A stretch of 64,000 nucleotides of DNA from Candidatus Shapirobacteria bacterium (GTDB lineage Bacteria > Patescibacteriota > Microgenomatia > UBA12405). Made by a program: the position numbers and the translations under genes. Where the stretch lies: positions 71,755-135,754 of the forward strand of contig JBAZTV010000001.1 in assembly GCA_041661765.1 (NCBI GenBank). Reading direction: 5' to 3'. Below, piece by piece: positions 46,384 through 55,893 of this stretch (positions are counted from its first letter, which is position 1; the number at the start of each line of letters is the position of its first letter). The notes beneath the pieces were generated by a model that searched no databases, was not told the DNA's origin, and saw only the letters and a list, made by a program, of their open reading frames with translations.

Positions 46384-46716
46384 TTAAACTTCCTCCTTTA
46401 ATTTATAAATTTTTTTTGAAACAAAATTCCATTTATCCCAAAATATTTTAAGCTCTCTTTTTCCATTTTCATTTAGAGAATAGAACTTTCGAGTAGGACC
46501 TATATCTGATGATTTCTTTTCAATATTAACTAATTCATTTTTTTCTAATCTTAATAATATAGTATAAACAGTCCCTTCAACCACATCGTCAAAACCCAAA
46601 GTATTTAATTTTTTTGTAATTTCATAACCATATATTTCTTTTTTACTAATAATTTCTAAAACACATCCTTCAAGGACACCTTTTAGCATTTCGGTTAAAT
46701 TATTCATATATTTCAT
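46384..46716 (-). CDS. PadR-family transcriptional regulator
   Basis: LKGVLE.CVL, YGYEI, EGTVYTILLRLE, RKFY.L...G. Confidence 0.93.
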   Translation of the reverse strand: MKYMNNLTEMLKGVLEGCVLEIISKKEIYGYEITKKLNTLGFDDVVEGTVYTILLRLEKNELVNIEKKSSDIGPTRKFYSLNENGKRELKIFWDKWNFVSKKIYKLKEEV

Positions 46717-46794
46717 TTAACTAATAAGTAGTATTAGGTACCTCTATATAGTAATACAAAGTAGTTAGTCTGTCAATAGGATGCAAACAACATT

Positions 46795-46830
46795 TGGCGG
46801 CGAAACATTGACGCATTTAGAACCTATTTT
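46795..46830 (+). repeat. att-like repeat copy 2
   Basis: tggcggcgaaacattgacgcatttagaacctatttt; begins with the same TGGCGG as the tRNA-Ser 3' end. Confidence 0.65.
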
Positions 46831-46950
46831 ATGATTTCTAAATTAGATAAAATCTAAAATGCATTTTTCTCCAATTAAAATAATCCAAAAGGAAACGTAT
46901 GTTTTTGTAATAATGATACTATTAATATAATTATTAATTTAATTTTTTTA

Positions 46951-47682
46951 ATGAAAAAATACTTAATTTTGTCTTTCCTCTTTTTATTAGCAATTACTCC
47001 TGCTCTAGCTAAGGGTTCAACTGAAACTCAAGGACAACAAGCAACTGGACAACAAACAGCAGTTTCTGGCTCTCAATCAAATACTACTGGTAGCAACCAA
47101 GGTACTAATGGTCAAAACACGGTAACCGCATCTCCAACCAAAAAACCAACTGTTTCACCAACTGGTAATCAAATTAAAAATACCAATGAAGTCCAAACTC
47201 AAAACCAAGGTGAGGATTCTCAACTTAGTGTTAAAACTCAAGAATCTGAAAAGTTGAATCAAGCGGTTGATGACAGTTTAACTAAAGTTTCAGATCAAGT
47301 AAAAGAATTAATTGAAACTACTGGCGCCAAAGGTGGAATTGGAACTGAAGTTAAAGAAATTGCTCAAAACCAGACTAAATTACAAGATGAAATAGTTTCA
47401 GATGTTGCCAAGTTGAATTCCCGAGGAACAGTAGCTAAATTTTTTATTGGTTCAGATAAAAAATTAATCCAAACTATGGAACAAAAGATGGAACAAAATC
47501 GTCTCATGATTCAACAACTTGAAGAATTAAAACTCCAAACCAAAAATTCTGGAGATTTACAACAACTCCAAGAAACTATTGATTTGATGACTTATCAAAA
47601 TACTTCTTTACAAAACAAGATTGATAAAGAAAGTAAAACAAACGGGATGTTTGGTTGGTTAGTTAATTTATTTAATAAATAA
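46951..47682 (+). CDS. Secreted Q/T/N-rich coiled-coil protein
   Basis: Signal peptide, low-complexity N-half, GGIG.EV..IA.NQ, FFIG, GMFGWL. Confidence 0.75.
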   Translation: MKKYLILSFLFLLAITPALAKGSTETQGQQATGQQTAVSGSQSNTTGSNQGTNGQNTVTASPTKKPTVSPTGNQIKNTNEVQTQNQGEDSQLSVKTQESEKLNQAVDDSLTKVSDQVKELIETTGAKGGIGTEVKEIAQNQTKLQDEIVSDVAKLNSRGTVAKFFIGSDKKLIQTMEQKMEQNRLMIQQLEELKLQTKNSGDLQQLQETIDLMTYQNTSLQNKIDKESKTNGMFGWLVNLFNK

Positions 47683-47692
47683 TTATTTTTAT

Positions 47693-47818
47693 GAATATGA
47701 AGCCCTTTCCACATATGAGGCGGTAATTACTAAAATTGGTAATTTTGTTGGCGTCTTCACTAATCTTATGAACGCTTCTCAAGAAAAGCATCTAACTGCT
47801 TTTGAAAAATGTAATTAA
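47693..47818 (+). pseudogene. Internally deleted ferritin-like (DUF2202-type) gene remnant
   Basis: EYEALSTYEAVITKIG joined directly to VFTNLMNASQEKHLTAFEKC*; no start codon in frame. Confidence 0.5.
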
Positions 47819-47821
47819 AAA

Positions 47822-48217
47822 TTATTTCTGATGAGCTTTCATTAAACAAATTCCGCTGATTACTTCAAAACTATTTTCTTTAGCCAAGTTTTCTGCATCT
47901 AAATTTAGACTACCTTCCTGAAACCATATTACTGGTTTTTGATTAGATTTAATTATTTCTTCAACAATTAGTAGAACTTGATCTGATTTACGAAAAATAT
48001 CAACAATATCAATCTTGATATTGGAGGGAATACTACTAAAACTCGAATAGGATTTAAGACCAAAAACGTTTTCGATGGTTGGGTTCACTGGAATAATAGT
48101 GAAACCTTGAGAGATTAGATATTCAGCCACTTGGTAACTTGGACGATCAGGCTTATCGGAAAGTCCGATAATAGCGATGGTTTTTGATTTTTTTAGAATA
48201 TTTTCTATAGATAGCAT
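47822..48217 (-). CDS. CoA-binding protein (YccU-like)
   Basis: IAIIGLS.KP.RPSY.V..YL, PVNP, DIVDIFR, WFQEG, C. Confidence 0.92.
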   Translation of the reverse strand: MLSIENILKKSKTIAIIGLSDKPDRPSYQVAEYLISQGFTIIPVNPTIENVFGLKSYSSFSSIPSNIKIDIVDIFRKSDQVLLIVEEIIKSNQKPVIWFQEGSLNLDAENLAKENSFEVISGICLMKAHQK

Positions 48218-48346
48218 GCTTAATAAAGCATACCATTTTACTCATTACAGGCTGTAAAACTGAAAATTATTAAATCCTAAAAAAAAACGAAGGAAACCAA
48301 GGGGTTTCTAGTCACAGAGTTCAAGTCTGATGGAACCTTAGGCTGA

Positions 48347-48382
48347 ATGCGGCGCACCATTGACGTAATTAGAACCTATTTT
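48347..48382 (+). repeat. att-like repeat copy 3
   Basis: atgcggcgcaccattgacgtaattagaacctatttt; contains the TAG stop of the radical SAM gene. Confidence 0.65.
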
Positions 48383-49242
48383 ATTAAATTTTTAATAAAA
48401 AGTCTAAAATAATTAATTATTCTTTTGTTTTGATTTGTTATTTGAATTCCACCTCTTACAGTTTTTACCCCTTTTGTTCCCAGGCAATATCGGCAGTATT
48501 CTTTAAATCTCTTATCTTCTAAAAATGTTTTAACAATTTCTGATTTTTCAATATTACTTCCTGTATTTATAACCAATTTTCGGATATCAAGATTCTCTCT
48601 GTTAGTAAATTTAATTTTAAAATACTCCTCACTCCCATAAGCATTACCACAGTGAAACAATCTACCATCGACCAAAGTAGTACATACTTTAAATGCACAA
48701 TTGTCATATATTTCTTGCACCTTCTTATTATTATTATTTTTGTTTTCTCTGTGAATTAATAACCATCTTCCAACCTTAGTTGAAAAATAATATTTGTTGC
48801 AGGCAATTTTATTTTTTATTAATACATCACAAAACTTTTGTTGTCTTTCTCCTATATCTTTATATTGGCTTAATGTAATTCTAAAATCAGGATGCTTTAC
48901 TTTTTTTAGTGCTACTAATACGTTTTCTTTTAATGTCATTGTCCCATTAGACGTAATCCATATTCTAGGTATATCCAGTTTATCAATAGTGCGAATTATT
49001 TTTTCAATCTCAGGATGAGTAAATAATTCTCCACCTTGAATTTGTAAGTATTCAATTCTGCAAATTTTACAAAGATCTTTAATGTCTTTTATTATAAAGT
49101 CAATATTAAATGATTTTTGTTTAATATATGGAATCAAATTACAACAATCTTTACACTTTAAGGAACATTTAGTTCCGACCCATAAAACCAACATAGGAAT
49201 CGAATACATATCTTTTTTAGAAACCGTATTGCCATTTATCAT
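48376..49242 (-). CDS. Radical SAM protein
   Basis: CSLKCKDC, GGE, ITSNG, additional C-terminal Cys residues (C...C...HC...CRYC). Confidence 0.88.
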   Translation of the reverse strand: MINGNTVSKKDMYSIPMLVLWVGTKCSLKCKDCCNLIPYIKQKSFNIDFIIKDIKDLCKICRIEYLQIQGGELFTHPEIEKIIRTIDKLDIPRIWITSNGTMTLKENVLVALKKVKHPDFRITLSQYKDIGERQQKFCDVLIKNKIACNKYYFSTKVGRWLLIHRENKNNNNKKVQEIYDNCAFKVCTTLVDGRLFHCGNAYGSEEYFKIKFTNRENLDIRKLVINTGSNIEKSEIVKTFLEDKRFKEYCRYCLGTKGVKTVRGGIQITNQNKRIINYFRLFIKNLIK

Positions 49243-49350
49243 ATATTCTCATACTATCTTTTATTATTTAAGATTACAACCACACTTTGTAAATTTTAGA
49301 CTCATTTAATTTACTTATTAAGTATTAAGAAAGTATCAAAATATATGGCT

Positions 49351-49438
49351 TGGCGGAGGAGGAGAGATTCGAACTCTCGATGCCTTGCGACATACACGCT
49401 TTCCAAGCGAGCGCACTAAACCACTATGCGACCCCTCC
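49351..49438 (-). tRNA. tRNA-Ser(GGA)
   Basis: GGAGGGGTCGCATAGTGG...TTGGAAA anticodon loop, long variable arm, GTTCGAATC, encoded CCA. Confidence 0.95.
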
Positions 49439-49460
49439 ATTAAGGTACGAGTATTATAAC

Positions 49461-49973
49461 CTACTTTTTCATCAACTTCTCCAATTCTATTTTTGCCTTT
49501 TTTAAAAGCATCCTTTCACTATCATAGGCTAATTTTTCTTTAGCTTCTTCAAAACTAAACCATGATCTTTCTAAAACCATCTCAACATCATAATATTTCA
49601 AATTACTTTGTTCTAAATATTCCATCATAAAAAATGTCACCTTCTTAATGATTTTCTTTTTCTTTTCTTTATCCCAAATAATATAATCATTTGATCCCAA
49701 TTTAGTTATTACTTTAGCCTTAACTCTACCTTCTTCCTCAACCTCTCTCAGTGCTGCTTGTTTTAAAAATTCGCTTTTATCTAAATGACCCTTTGGAAAT
49801 TTATAAATCGACACATTCTTCCCTTTATTTTTTTCGCTTCTAAAATTAGAACCAGAGGCAGTCTTAATCAAAAGCCATAAAATTTTATTATTTTCAATTT
49901 TATAAACCAAGCCGCCAGCCGACCTTTCATCATAATACATCTCATCACCTATCTTCGCTGTCTCATTTTTCAT
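49461..49973 (-). CDS. NUDIX hydrolase
   Basis: SAGG, FPKGH....E....AALREVEEEG. Confidence 0.9.
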   Translation of the reverse strand: MKNETAKIGDEMYYDERSAGGLVYKIENNKILWLLIKTASGSNFRSEKNKGKNVSIYKFPKGHLDKSEFLKQAALREVEEEGRVKAKVITKLGSNDYIIWDKEKKKKIIKKVTFFMMEYLEQSNLKYYDVEMVLERSWFSFEEAKEKLAYDSERMLLKKAKIELEKLMKK

Positions 49974-49985
49974 AAGTAGTCGATA

Positions 49986-50477
49986 TTATATCTTAATTTT
50001 ATCAATAATTAGGCTTGTCGATTGATGTGGAATTGATTTACTTACCTCTAATACTTTTGCCCCAACCTCATTAGCTTGTTTCATTTTTTTTTCCAAATTA
50101 TTATCATTTTCACTAACAGCAATTATTTCTGGTTTTAATTTTTTAATTATTTCTAAATATTCCTCATCGTTTTTCATTTCTGGTAATTTAATTACATAAT
50201 CTACCATTTTCAATTTAGTCAAAAAAACAGCCCTATTTTCTTGATTGTTTATCGGTCTATTTTGTCCTTTATTTTTTTTAATATTTTCATCCGATTCTAA
50301 AAGTACTATTAATATATCTCCCTTTGCTTTTGCTTTTTCCAAAAAAATCAAATGACCCAAATGAACAATATCAAAACACCCCCCAACCAATACAATCTTT
50401 AAAGCCGCCCTGTCAAGGGAGGTGATTTCGATTTTATCGAAATCGGAGGGTTTTTTCATATTAATTATATTTTTCAT
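49986..50477 (-). CDS. Cytidylyl/adenylyltransferase (RfaE domain II/FAD synthase-like)
   Basis: GGCFDIVHLGH, KG..RPI, STS. Confidence 0.88.
   Translation of the reverse strand: MKNIINMKKPSDFDKIEITSLDRAALKIVLVGGCFDIVHLGHLIFLEKAKAKGDILIVLLESDENIKKNKGQNRPINNQENRAVFLTKLKMVDYVIKLPEMKNDEEYLEIIKKLKPEIIAVSENDNNLEKKMKQANEVGAKVLEVSKSIPHQSTSLIIDKIKI
50405..50454 (+). repeat. Dispersed palindromic repeat, in frame at the 5' end of the nucleotidyltransferase gene
   Basis: ccgccctgtcaagggaggtgatttcgattttatcgaaatcggagggtttt; reads KPSDFDKIEITSLDRA. Confidence 0.85.
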
Positions 50478-51370
50478 TTTACCCTTTTTCCTCTAGTCAA
50501 AATCTGTATCGGCACCAACATTAAATTATTAGTAATAGTATAAATTATTGACGGCAATGCCACTACTGGATTAAATAAAGTTAATGCCACCAAAGTTCCT
50601 AAAGTATAGTTTTTATAACTCGAAGTCACTGCTAATGTGATTTTATCCTCTTTTGTTTTTCCAATTTTCCACCCCAACCAAAAATCAAAAGATATTAATC
50701 CAATTACTATTAATATTAACCATATTGATCTTTCCCAATTATCTAATATTACCTGTCTTATGGGTGAAATTATTCCTACAATTATTAAAAATAAAAATAT
50801 TACCGATAAACCAGAAGCTTGCTTTATTAAATATTTTGCCAAACCCATCCATCTCACTAAAATCGCCGCTAATATCGGCACTGCCACTAACCACATAATT
50901 GTGGTTCCCATTTCTATTGGATCCATTTTAATACTAGTTTTAGCAAATAACCACACCAATAATGGCACTACAATTGGACTTAAGGCGTTTGAAATTGATG
51001 AAACAACCAAAGCTGTTTCTGGTTTCCCTCCATAAATACTCACCAAAAAAACCGATGCTCTTCCCGCCGGGATTACCGAAGCCAATATTAATCCTAAAAA
51101 TATTTCTTCACTCAAAAATCCTTTCAAAAATATTAATACTATTAATGGTGAAACTAAATGAACTATTGATAATATCAACAGTTGAATTTTAAAATCTTTT
51201 AATGCTTCAACAAATTCTTTTAAATCAATGTCCAAACAACTCAAAAACATCAACACCATCAGAAACAAACTAAGGTAAGGTTTTAATACTATTCCAAAAC
51301 TTGGCAAACCGAAACTAATTATTATCGCCAAAAATATTACCAGCCAAGTATTTTTTACTAATAACCTCAT
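50474..51370 (-). CDS. Bile acid:sodium symporter family transporter
   Basis: About 9-10 TM; GLILA...PAG..S, SN.LSP..VP, KN. Confidence 0.85.
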   Translation of the reverse strand: MRLLVKNTWLVIFLAIIISFGLPSFGIVLKPYLSLFLMVLMFLSCLDIDLKEFVEALKDFKIQLLILSIVHLVSPLIVLIFLKGFLSEEIFLGLILASVIPAGRASVFLVSIYGGKPETALVVSSISNALSPIVVPLLVWLFAKTSIKMDPIEMGTTIMWLVAVPILAAILVRWMGLAKYLIKQASGLSVIFLFLIIVGIISPIRQVILDNWERSIWLILIVIGLISFDFWLGWKIGKTKEDKITLAVTSSYKNYTLGTLVALTLFNPVVALPSIIYTITNNLMLVPIQILTRGKRVK

Positions 51371-51373
51371 TCC

Positions 51374-51934
51374 CTATCTTACCAATCCTAAAGGCATATA
51401 CCAACTAAAAGGTTTTTTACAAACAGGACATTCAACTGGGGGAGCTTTACCTTTATGAATATAACCACAATTCACACATTTCCACTCTAATTCAGTTTCT
51501 CGATTATAAAGGGTATTAGCGTCTAAATGCGTTGCAATAATAATATATCTTTCCTCATGTTTTTCTTCCACCTCTTTCACTTCCCTAAATAATCTTTCTG
51601 CTTCCGCATCACCATCAATTTTTGCCTGTTCTTCAAAGTTTGGATACATTTCCGTCCATTCATGATGTTCACCCTCAGCTGCCATTTTTAAATTATCAAC
51701 TGTTCTCACACTATAAGGTTTAATCGATAAAACATCGCTCACACCCACCGGTTCTTTAATCATTTCAAATAATTCCTCAGCATGGGCTTTTTCTTGATCA
51801 GCTGTTTCCTCAAAAACCCTAGCAATCCATTCTAAATCTTCCTTTCTCGCCATTTTGGCAAACATATTATAACGATTTCTCGCTTGGCTTTCACCCGCAA
51901 ATGCTTTCAAAAGATTCTCTTGTGTTTTATTCAT
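51374..51934 (-). CDS. rbr: Rubrerythrin
   Basis: AFAGESQARNRY, EKAHA, GE..E...MYP, E..HE, WKCVNCG...CPVC. Confidence 0.95.
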   Translation of the reverse strand: MNKTQENLLKAFAGESQARNRYNMFAKMARKEDLEWIARVFEETADQEKAHAEELFEMIKEPVGVSDVLSIKPYSVRTVDNLKMAAEGEHHEWTEMYPNFEEQAKIDGDAEAERLFREVKEVEEKHEERYIIIATHLDANTLYNRETELEWKCVNCGYIHKGKAPPVECPVCKKPFSWYMPLGLVR

Positions 51935-51981
51935 ATTAATTAATCTTAACAGAATAAATAAAATTTTTATTAAAAATTTTT

Positions 51982-52012
51982 TTCAGTTTATTTTCAGCTT
52001 TAGATTTATAAT
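51982..52012 (+). promoter_or_regulatory. TTCAG-N6-TTCAG box and -10 hexamer
   Basis: TTCAG at 51982 and 51993; TATAAT at 52007. Confidence 0.65.
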
Positions 52013-52018
52013 TAAACT

Positions 52019-52687
52019 ATGAAAATTTTAATTGTCGAAGATGAACACTTAATTGCTACTGCCATCAAAAAAGGTTTAGAGCAGGAACACTACACGGTCG
52101 ACATCGCTTTTGATGGTGAAAAAGGTTTTGATTTGGCTTCAAGTGGGGATTATGATCTAATTTTATTAGATCATATGCTCCCAAAAATGAATGGTATCGA
52201 AGTTTGTAGTCAACTTCGCCAACAACAAATACACACTCCTATTCTAATGCTCACCGCCAAAGGTCAAGTTGAAGACAAAATTAAAGGACTCAACAGTGGG
52301 GCTGATGATTATTTAACTAAACCTTTTGCCTTTGAAGAACTTTTAGCCAGAATTAGAGCTTTAACTCGTCGTCCTAAAAATTCTGCCAGTGAAATTATCA
52401 CCGTTAGTGATCTCTCTATAAATTTATCGACTTATGAAGTCACTCGTCATGGAAGACAAATCAATTTATCTAGTAAAGAATATTCTCTTTTGGAATGTCT
52501 CATGCGTCATACCAATAAAATTTTAAATAAAGATCAATTAATTCAGCATGTCTGGAGTTATGAGTCCGATATTCTTCCCAACACTGTCGAAGTCTACATC
52601 AGAAATTTACGTCAAAAAATTGACCAGCCTTTCAAAACCAAATTAATCAAGACTATCCGTGGTTTTGGATATAAAATCAGTGAGTAA
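52019..52687 (+). CDS. OmpR-family response regulator
   Basis: MKILIVED, LDHMLP, GADDYLTKPF, VEVYIRNLR. Confidence 0.95.
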   Translation: MKILIVEDEHLIATAIKKGLEQEHYTVDIAFDGEKGFDLASSGDYDLILLDHMLPKMNGIEVCSQLRQQQIHTPILMLTAKGQVEDKIKGLNSGADDYLTKPFAFEELLARIRALTRRPKNSASEIITVSDLSINLSTYEVTRHGRQINLSSKEYSLLECLMRHTNKILNKDQLIQHVWSYESDILPNTVEVYIRNLRQKIDQPFKTKLIKTIRGFGYKISE

Positions 52688-52708
52688 AATTAAATGTTTA
52701 AAATAAAT

Positions 52709-52757
52709 CGCCCTGTCAAGGGAGATGTCCTCCGAAATTTCGGAGGACAGAGGGTTT
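52709..52757 (+). repeat. Dispersed palindromic repeat, intergenic
   Basis: cgccctgtcaagggagatgtcctccgaaatttcggaggacagagggttt. Confidence 0.9.
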
Positions 52758-52768
52758 AATACAAAAAT

Positions 52769-53779
52769 ATGTTTAAACAAGCTAGATTAAAACTAACCGG
52801 CTGGTACCTTTTAATTATTATGGTTATTAGTTTTTCTTTCAGTGCTCTTATTTACCAAATAAGTAGCATGGAAATTATTCACTTTGCCGAGTCTCAACGA
52901 ATCCGAATTGAAAGAAGAATAAATTCTTCTTATCCAAATTTACCTCCACCACCAATGTTAGTCGATACTGATTTAATCATTGAGAGTCAACAACGCCTCT
53001 TAACCAATTTAACCGTCATTAATTTTTTTATTCTTTTAATTTCTGGCACTCTTTCTTATTTTTTAGCCGGTCGCACCCTTCGTCCTATTCAAAAAATGAC
53101 TGAAGATCAAAAACAATTTATTAGTGACGCTTCTCATGAATTAAGAACTCCCATCACTGCCCTTAAAGCCATGCTGGAAGTTTCTCTTCGCGACCCTAAA
53201 TTAAGTCTAGACGAGTCAAAAAAAGTTCTCACCGATGCTATTTATTCTACTAATCAATTAAAAACATTATCAGACTCTCTTCTTGAGTTAAATCAATTTA
53301 ATAATAAATCTGCTCTTAATTTAAATCCATTTTCAATTAAAAATTTAATGTCTGAATCTGTTAAAAAAATTAAACCCAAAGCCGATAAAAAACAAATTGT
53401 AATTAAATATAACCCAATTAATGGCCAAATTAACATTGATATTCAAAAAATAGAAGAATTATTTTTAATTCTTCTCGACAACGCCATTAAATATAGTTCC
53501 AAATCCAGTCAAATTAAATTCATCGCTCTTAAAACTAGAAAAAATATAATTTTTAAAATCATCGATCACGGAATTGGTATTTCCCAAAAAGATTTACCTC
53601 ATATTTTTGATCGTTTTTATCGGGCCGATAATGCTCGTACTAAAAATGGAGCCCAAGGTTACGGTCTTGGTCTTTCCATTGCTAAAAAAATAGTCGAATC
53701 ACACGGTGGAAAATTGGAAGTTGACAGCAAATTAAATAATGGAGCTACCTTTGTTATCTATTTGCCACGTTTCAGTTAA
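52769..53779 (+). CDS. Sensor histidine kinase
   Basis: 2 TM, FISDASHELRTP, DNAIKY, DHGIGI, FDRFYR, GLGLSI. Confidence 0.95.
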   Translation: MFKQARLKLTGWYLLIIMVISFSFSALIYQISSMEIIHFAESQRIRIERRINSSYPNLPPPPMLVDTDLIIESQQRLLTNLTVINFFILLISGTLSYFLAGRTLRPIQKMTEDQKQFISDASHELRTPITALKAMLEVSLRDPKLSLDESKKVLTDAIYSTNQLKTLSDSLLELNQFNNKSALNLNPFSIKNLMSESVKKIKPKADKKQIVIKYNPINGQINIDIQKIEELFLILLDNAIKYSSKSSQIKFIALKTRKNIIFKIIDHGIGISQKDLPHIFDRFYRADNARTKNGAQGYGLGLSIAKKIVESHGGKLEVDSKLNNGATFVIYLPRFS

Positions 53780-53802
53780 CATTCAGAATTAGTTCTTACA
53801 AT
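53771..53802 (+). promoter_or_regulatory. TTCAG-N6-TTCAG box and -10 hexamer
   Basis: TTCAG at 53771 and 53782; TACAAT at 53797. Confidence 0.65.
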
Positions 53803-53809
53803 CCCACTT

Positions 53810-55141
53810 ATGAAATTACCTAAAATTTTAAGAATAATTTTAATATTTTTAATTATTAGTGGAATTAGTTATTTTACTTATTCAAAAATAACTTCTTCTA
53901 CCAAAAAAATAACTTATAAAACCACTGAGGTTACCAAAGGTACTTTAGTAACCTCTATCTCTACCACTGGTACTATCACTTCTTCCAATAAATCTGCTAT
54001 TACCACTGGTGCCACTGGTACCATTAAAACTGTTTATGTCAAAGATGGAGATACTGTCACTAAAGGTCAAAAAATAGCCGAAATTACTCTTGATGACGAC
54101 GGTACTAATAATAAAGTTACTGCTTGGGCCAACTATTTAACCATGCAACAAAGCGAAAAAGCCGCCATCGCTGATCGATCAGCTGCTGATATTCAGATGT
54201 GGAATGATCGCCAAGCAGTTCTTGATGCCCAAAAAGAATATGACAAAATGATCGGCGGTGATTACAATGAAAAAACCAAAACCACATACACCTATAACGA
54301 AAGAGCCATTGTTACAAAAACTTTAACTTTAGCCAAACAAAAATTCACTACCGACGAAACCACCTACAACAATTATTCCGCTTTTATCACTAAAGCCAAA
54401 CAGCAAACTTCTATTGCTTTAGATAATTATAAAAAAGTTTCCTCCACTATTTATGCAACTTCTGCTGGTATTGTTAGTAATTTAAGTATTGCTTCGGGAG
54501 TTGTTATTTCTAATACCTCTGAGTCAATTACTGTTTCCACTGGTACCAATAGTAATGAAAACTCTTCCACTGTTACTTCTCATGCTGTCGGCAGTATTAC
54601 TAATCCCAACGGTCAATACCAAGCCACTCTTAGTCTATCAGAGTCAGATATTCCCAAAATTAAATCTGGTCAAAAAGTTACCCTAACCATGGATGCTTTC
54701 GAAGGTAAAACTTTTACTGGCACCGTCTTATCTATTAATGTTAGTGGGTCTACCAGTTCTGGTGTTACCACTTATCCTGTTGTTGTTCTTATCGATGATA
54801 CTGATCAACAAATTTATACCAACATGGCTGTTTCCGCCACAATTATTATTAATTCCAAAGCCGACATCTTAATTATTCCTTCAACTGCCATTGACACGGC
54901 CACTGACGGTACCACCACTGTCAGAATCATGAAAAATAATGTCATTTCCACTATTAATATAACCATTGGTGAAACCAATGACAGTGAAACGGAAGTTACC
55001 TCTGGACTCAACGAAGGTGAAACTATTATTTCTTCCTCAATTAGCAATGACTCTAAGTCAAATAATAATAATACTTCTGCTTTCAGCAGCTCTAATACTA
55101 GAAGTAGTAATTTTGGTGGCATGGGTGGTCCAGGAATGTAA
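53810..55141 (+). CDS. Efflux periplasmic adaptor (MacA/HlyD-like)
   Basis: N-terminal TM, G.I..VYVK.GD.V.KGQ, ESDI.KIK.GQ, EV.SGL.EG. Confidence 0.9.
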   Translation: MKLPKILRIILIFLIISGISYFTYSKITSSTKKITYKTTEVTKGTLVTSISTTGTITSSNKSAITTGATGTIKTVYVKDGDTVTKGQKIAEITLDDDGTNNKVTAWANYLTMQQSEKAAIADRSAADIQMWNDRQAVLDAQKEYDKMIGGDYNEKTKTTYTYNERAIVTKTLTLAKQKFTTDETTYNNYSAFITKAKQQTSIALDNYKKVSSTIYATSAGIVSNLSIASGVVISNTSESITVSTGTNSNENSSTVTSHAVGSITNPNGQYQATLSLSESDIPKIKSGQKVTLTMDAFEGKTFTGTVLSINVSGSTSSGVTTYPVVVLIDDTDQQIYTNMAVSATIIINSKADILIIPSTAIDTATDGTTTVRIMKNNVISTINITIGETNDSETEVTSGLNEGETIISSSISNDSKSNNNNTSAFSSSNTRSSNFGGMGGPGM

Positions 55142-55152
55142 TTTAAATAATT

Positions 55153-55893
55153 ATGTCAAAATCAAAAGCCATTATTATTGCCAAAAATCTTTCCAAGATT
55201 TACAAAACTGACGATTTAGAGACCGTCGCTCTCAACAATATTTCCTTCCAAATTAACGAAGGGGAGTTTGTCGCCATCATGGGTCCTTCCGGATCAGGTA
55301 AATCTACTTTAATGCACATCCTTGGTGCTCTCGATAAACCAACCAGTGGTCAATATATTTTGGATGGTAAAAAAGTTGAAAATTTATCAGATGACGAATT
55401 ATCAGAAATCCGTAATAAAAAAATTGGTTTTATTTTTCAAGCATTCAATCTTTTACCTCGAACTACCACTTTAACTAATGTTATGTTACCCATGGCTTAT
55501 GCCGGTGTTCCAAAAGAAGAAAGATTCAAAACTGCCGAAAAATACCTTAAAATGGTCGGTCTTAGTGATCGTTTAAATCACACCTCAAATCAAATTTCTG
55601 GTGGACAGCAACAACGTGTTGCCATTGCTCGATCTTTAGTTTTAAATCCAGCACTGATTTTAGCCGACGAGCCAACCGGTAATATTGCTTCAGCTCAAGC
55701 CGATGAAATTATGTCCATTTTTGAAAAATTAAATGACGAAGGTCACACTATTGTTATGATTACTCACGAACCAGATATTGCCGAACATGCCAAAAGAATT
55801 ATTTTTATTAAAGACGGGAAAATTATCAAAGATAGTACTAATCATCAACGTCGAAGAGCCGCTATCGAAAAGGAGGTATTAAAAAATGATTGA
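55153..55893 (+). CDS. ABC transporter ATPase (MacB/LolD type)
   Basis: [26 protein letters not shown]. Confidence 0.95.
   Translation: MSKSKAIIIAKNLSKIYKTDDLETVALNNISFQINEGEFVAIMGPSGSGKSTLMHILGALDKPTSGQYILDGKKVENLSDDELSEIRNKKIGFIFQAFNLLPRTTTLTNVMLPMAYAGVPKEERFKTAEKYLKMVGLSDRLNHTSNQISGGQQQRVAIARSLVLNPALILADEPTGNIASAQADEIMSIFEKLNDEGHTIVMITHEPDIAEHAKRIIFIKDGKIIKDSTNHQRRRAAIEKEVLKND

Noticed and set aside
48376-49242. Radical SAM enzyme as a RiPP maturase for the Trp peptide
   Set aside because: It lies about 14.5 kb away in a separate tRNA-linked cassette, and I saw no adjacent precursor or obvious RRE domain.
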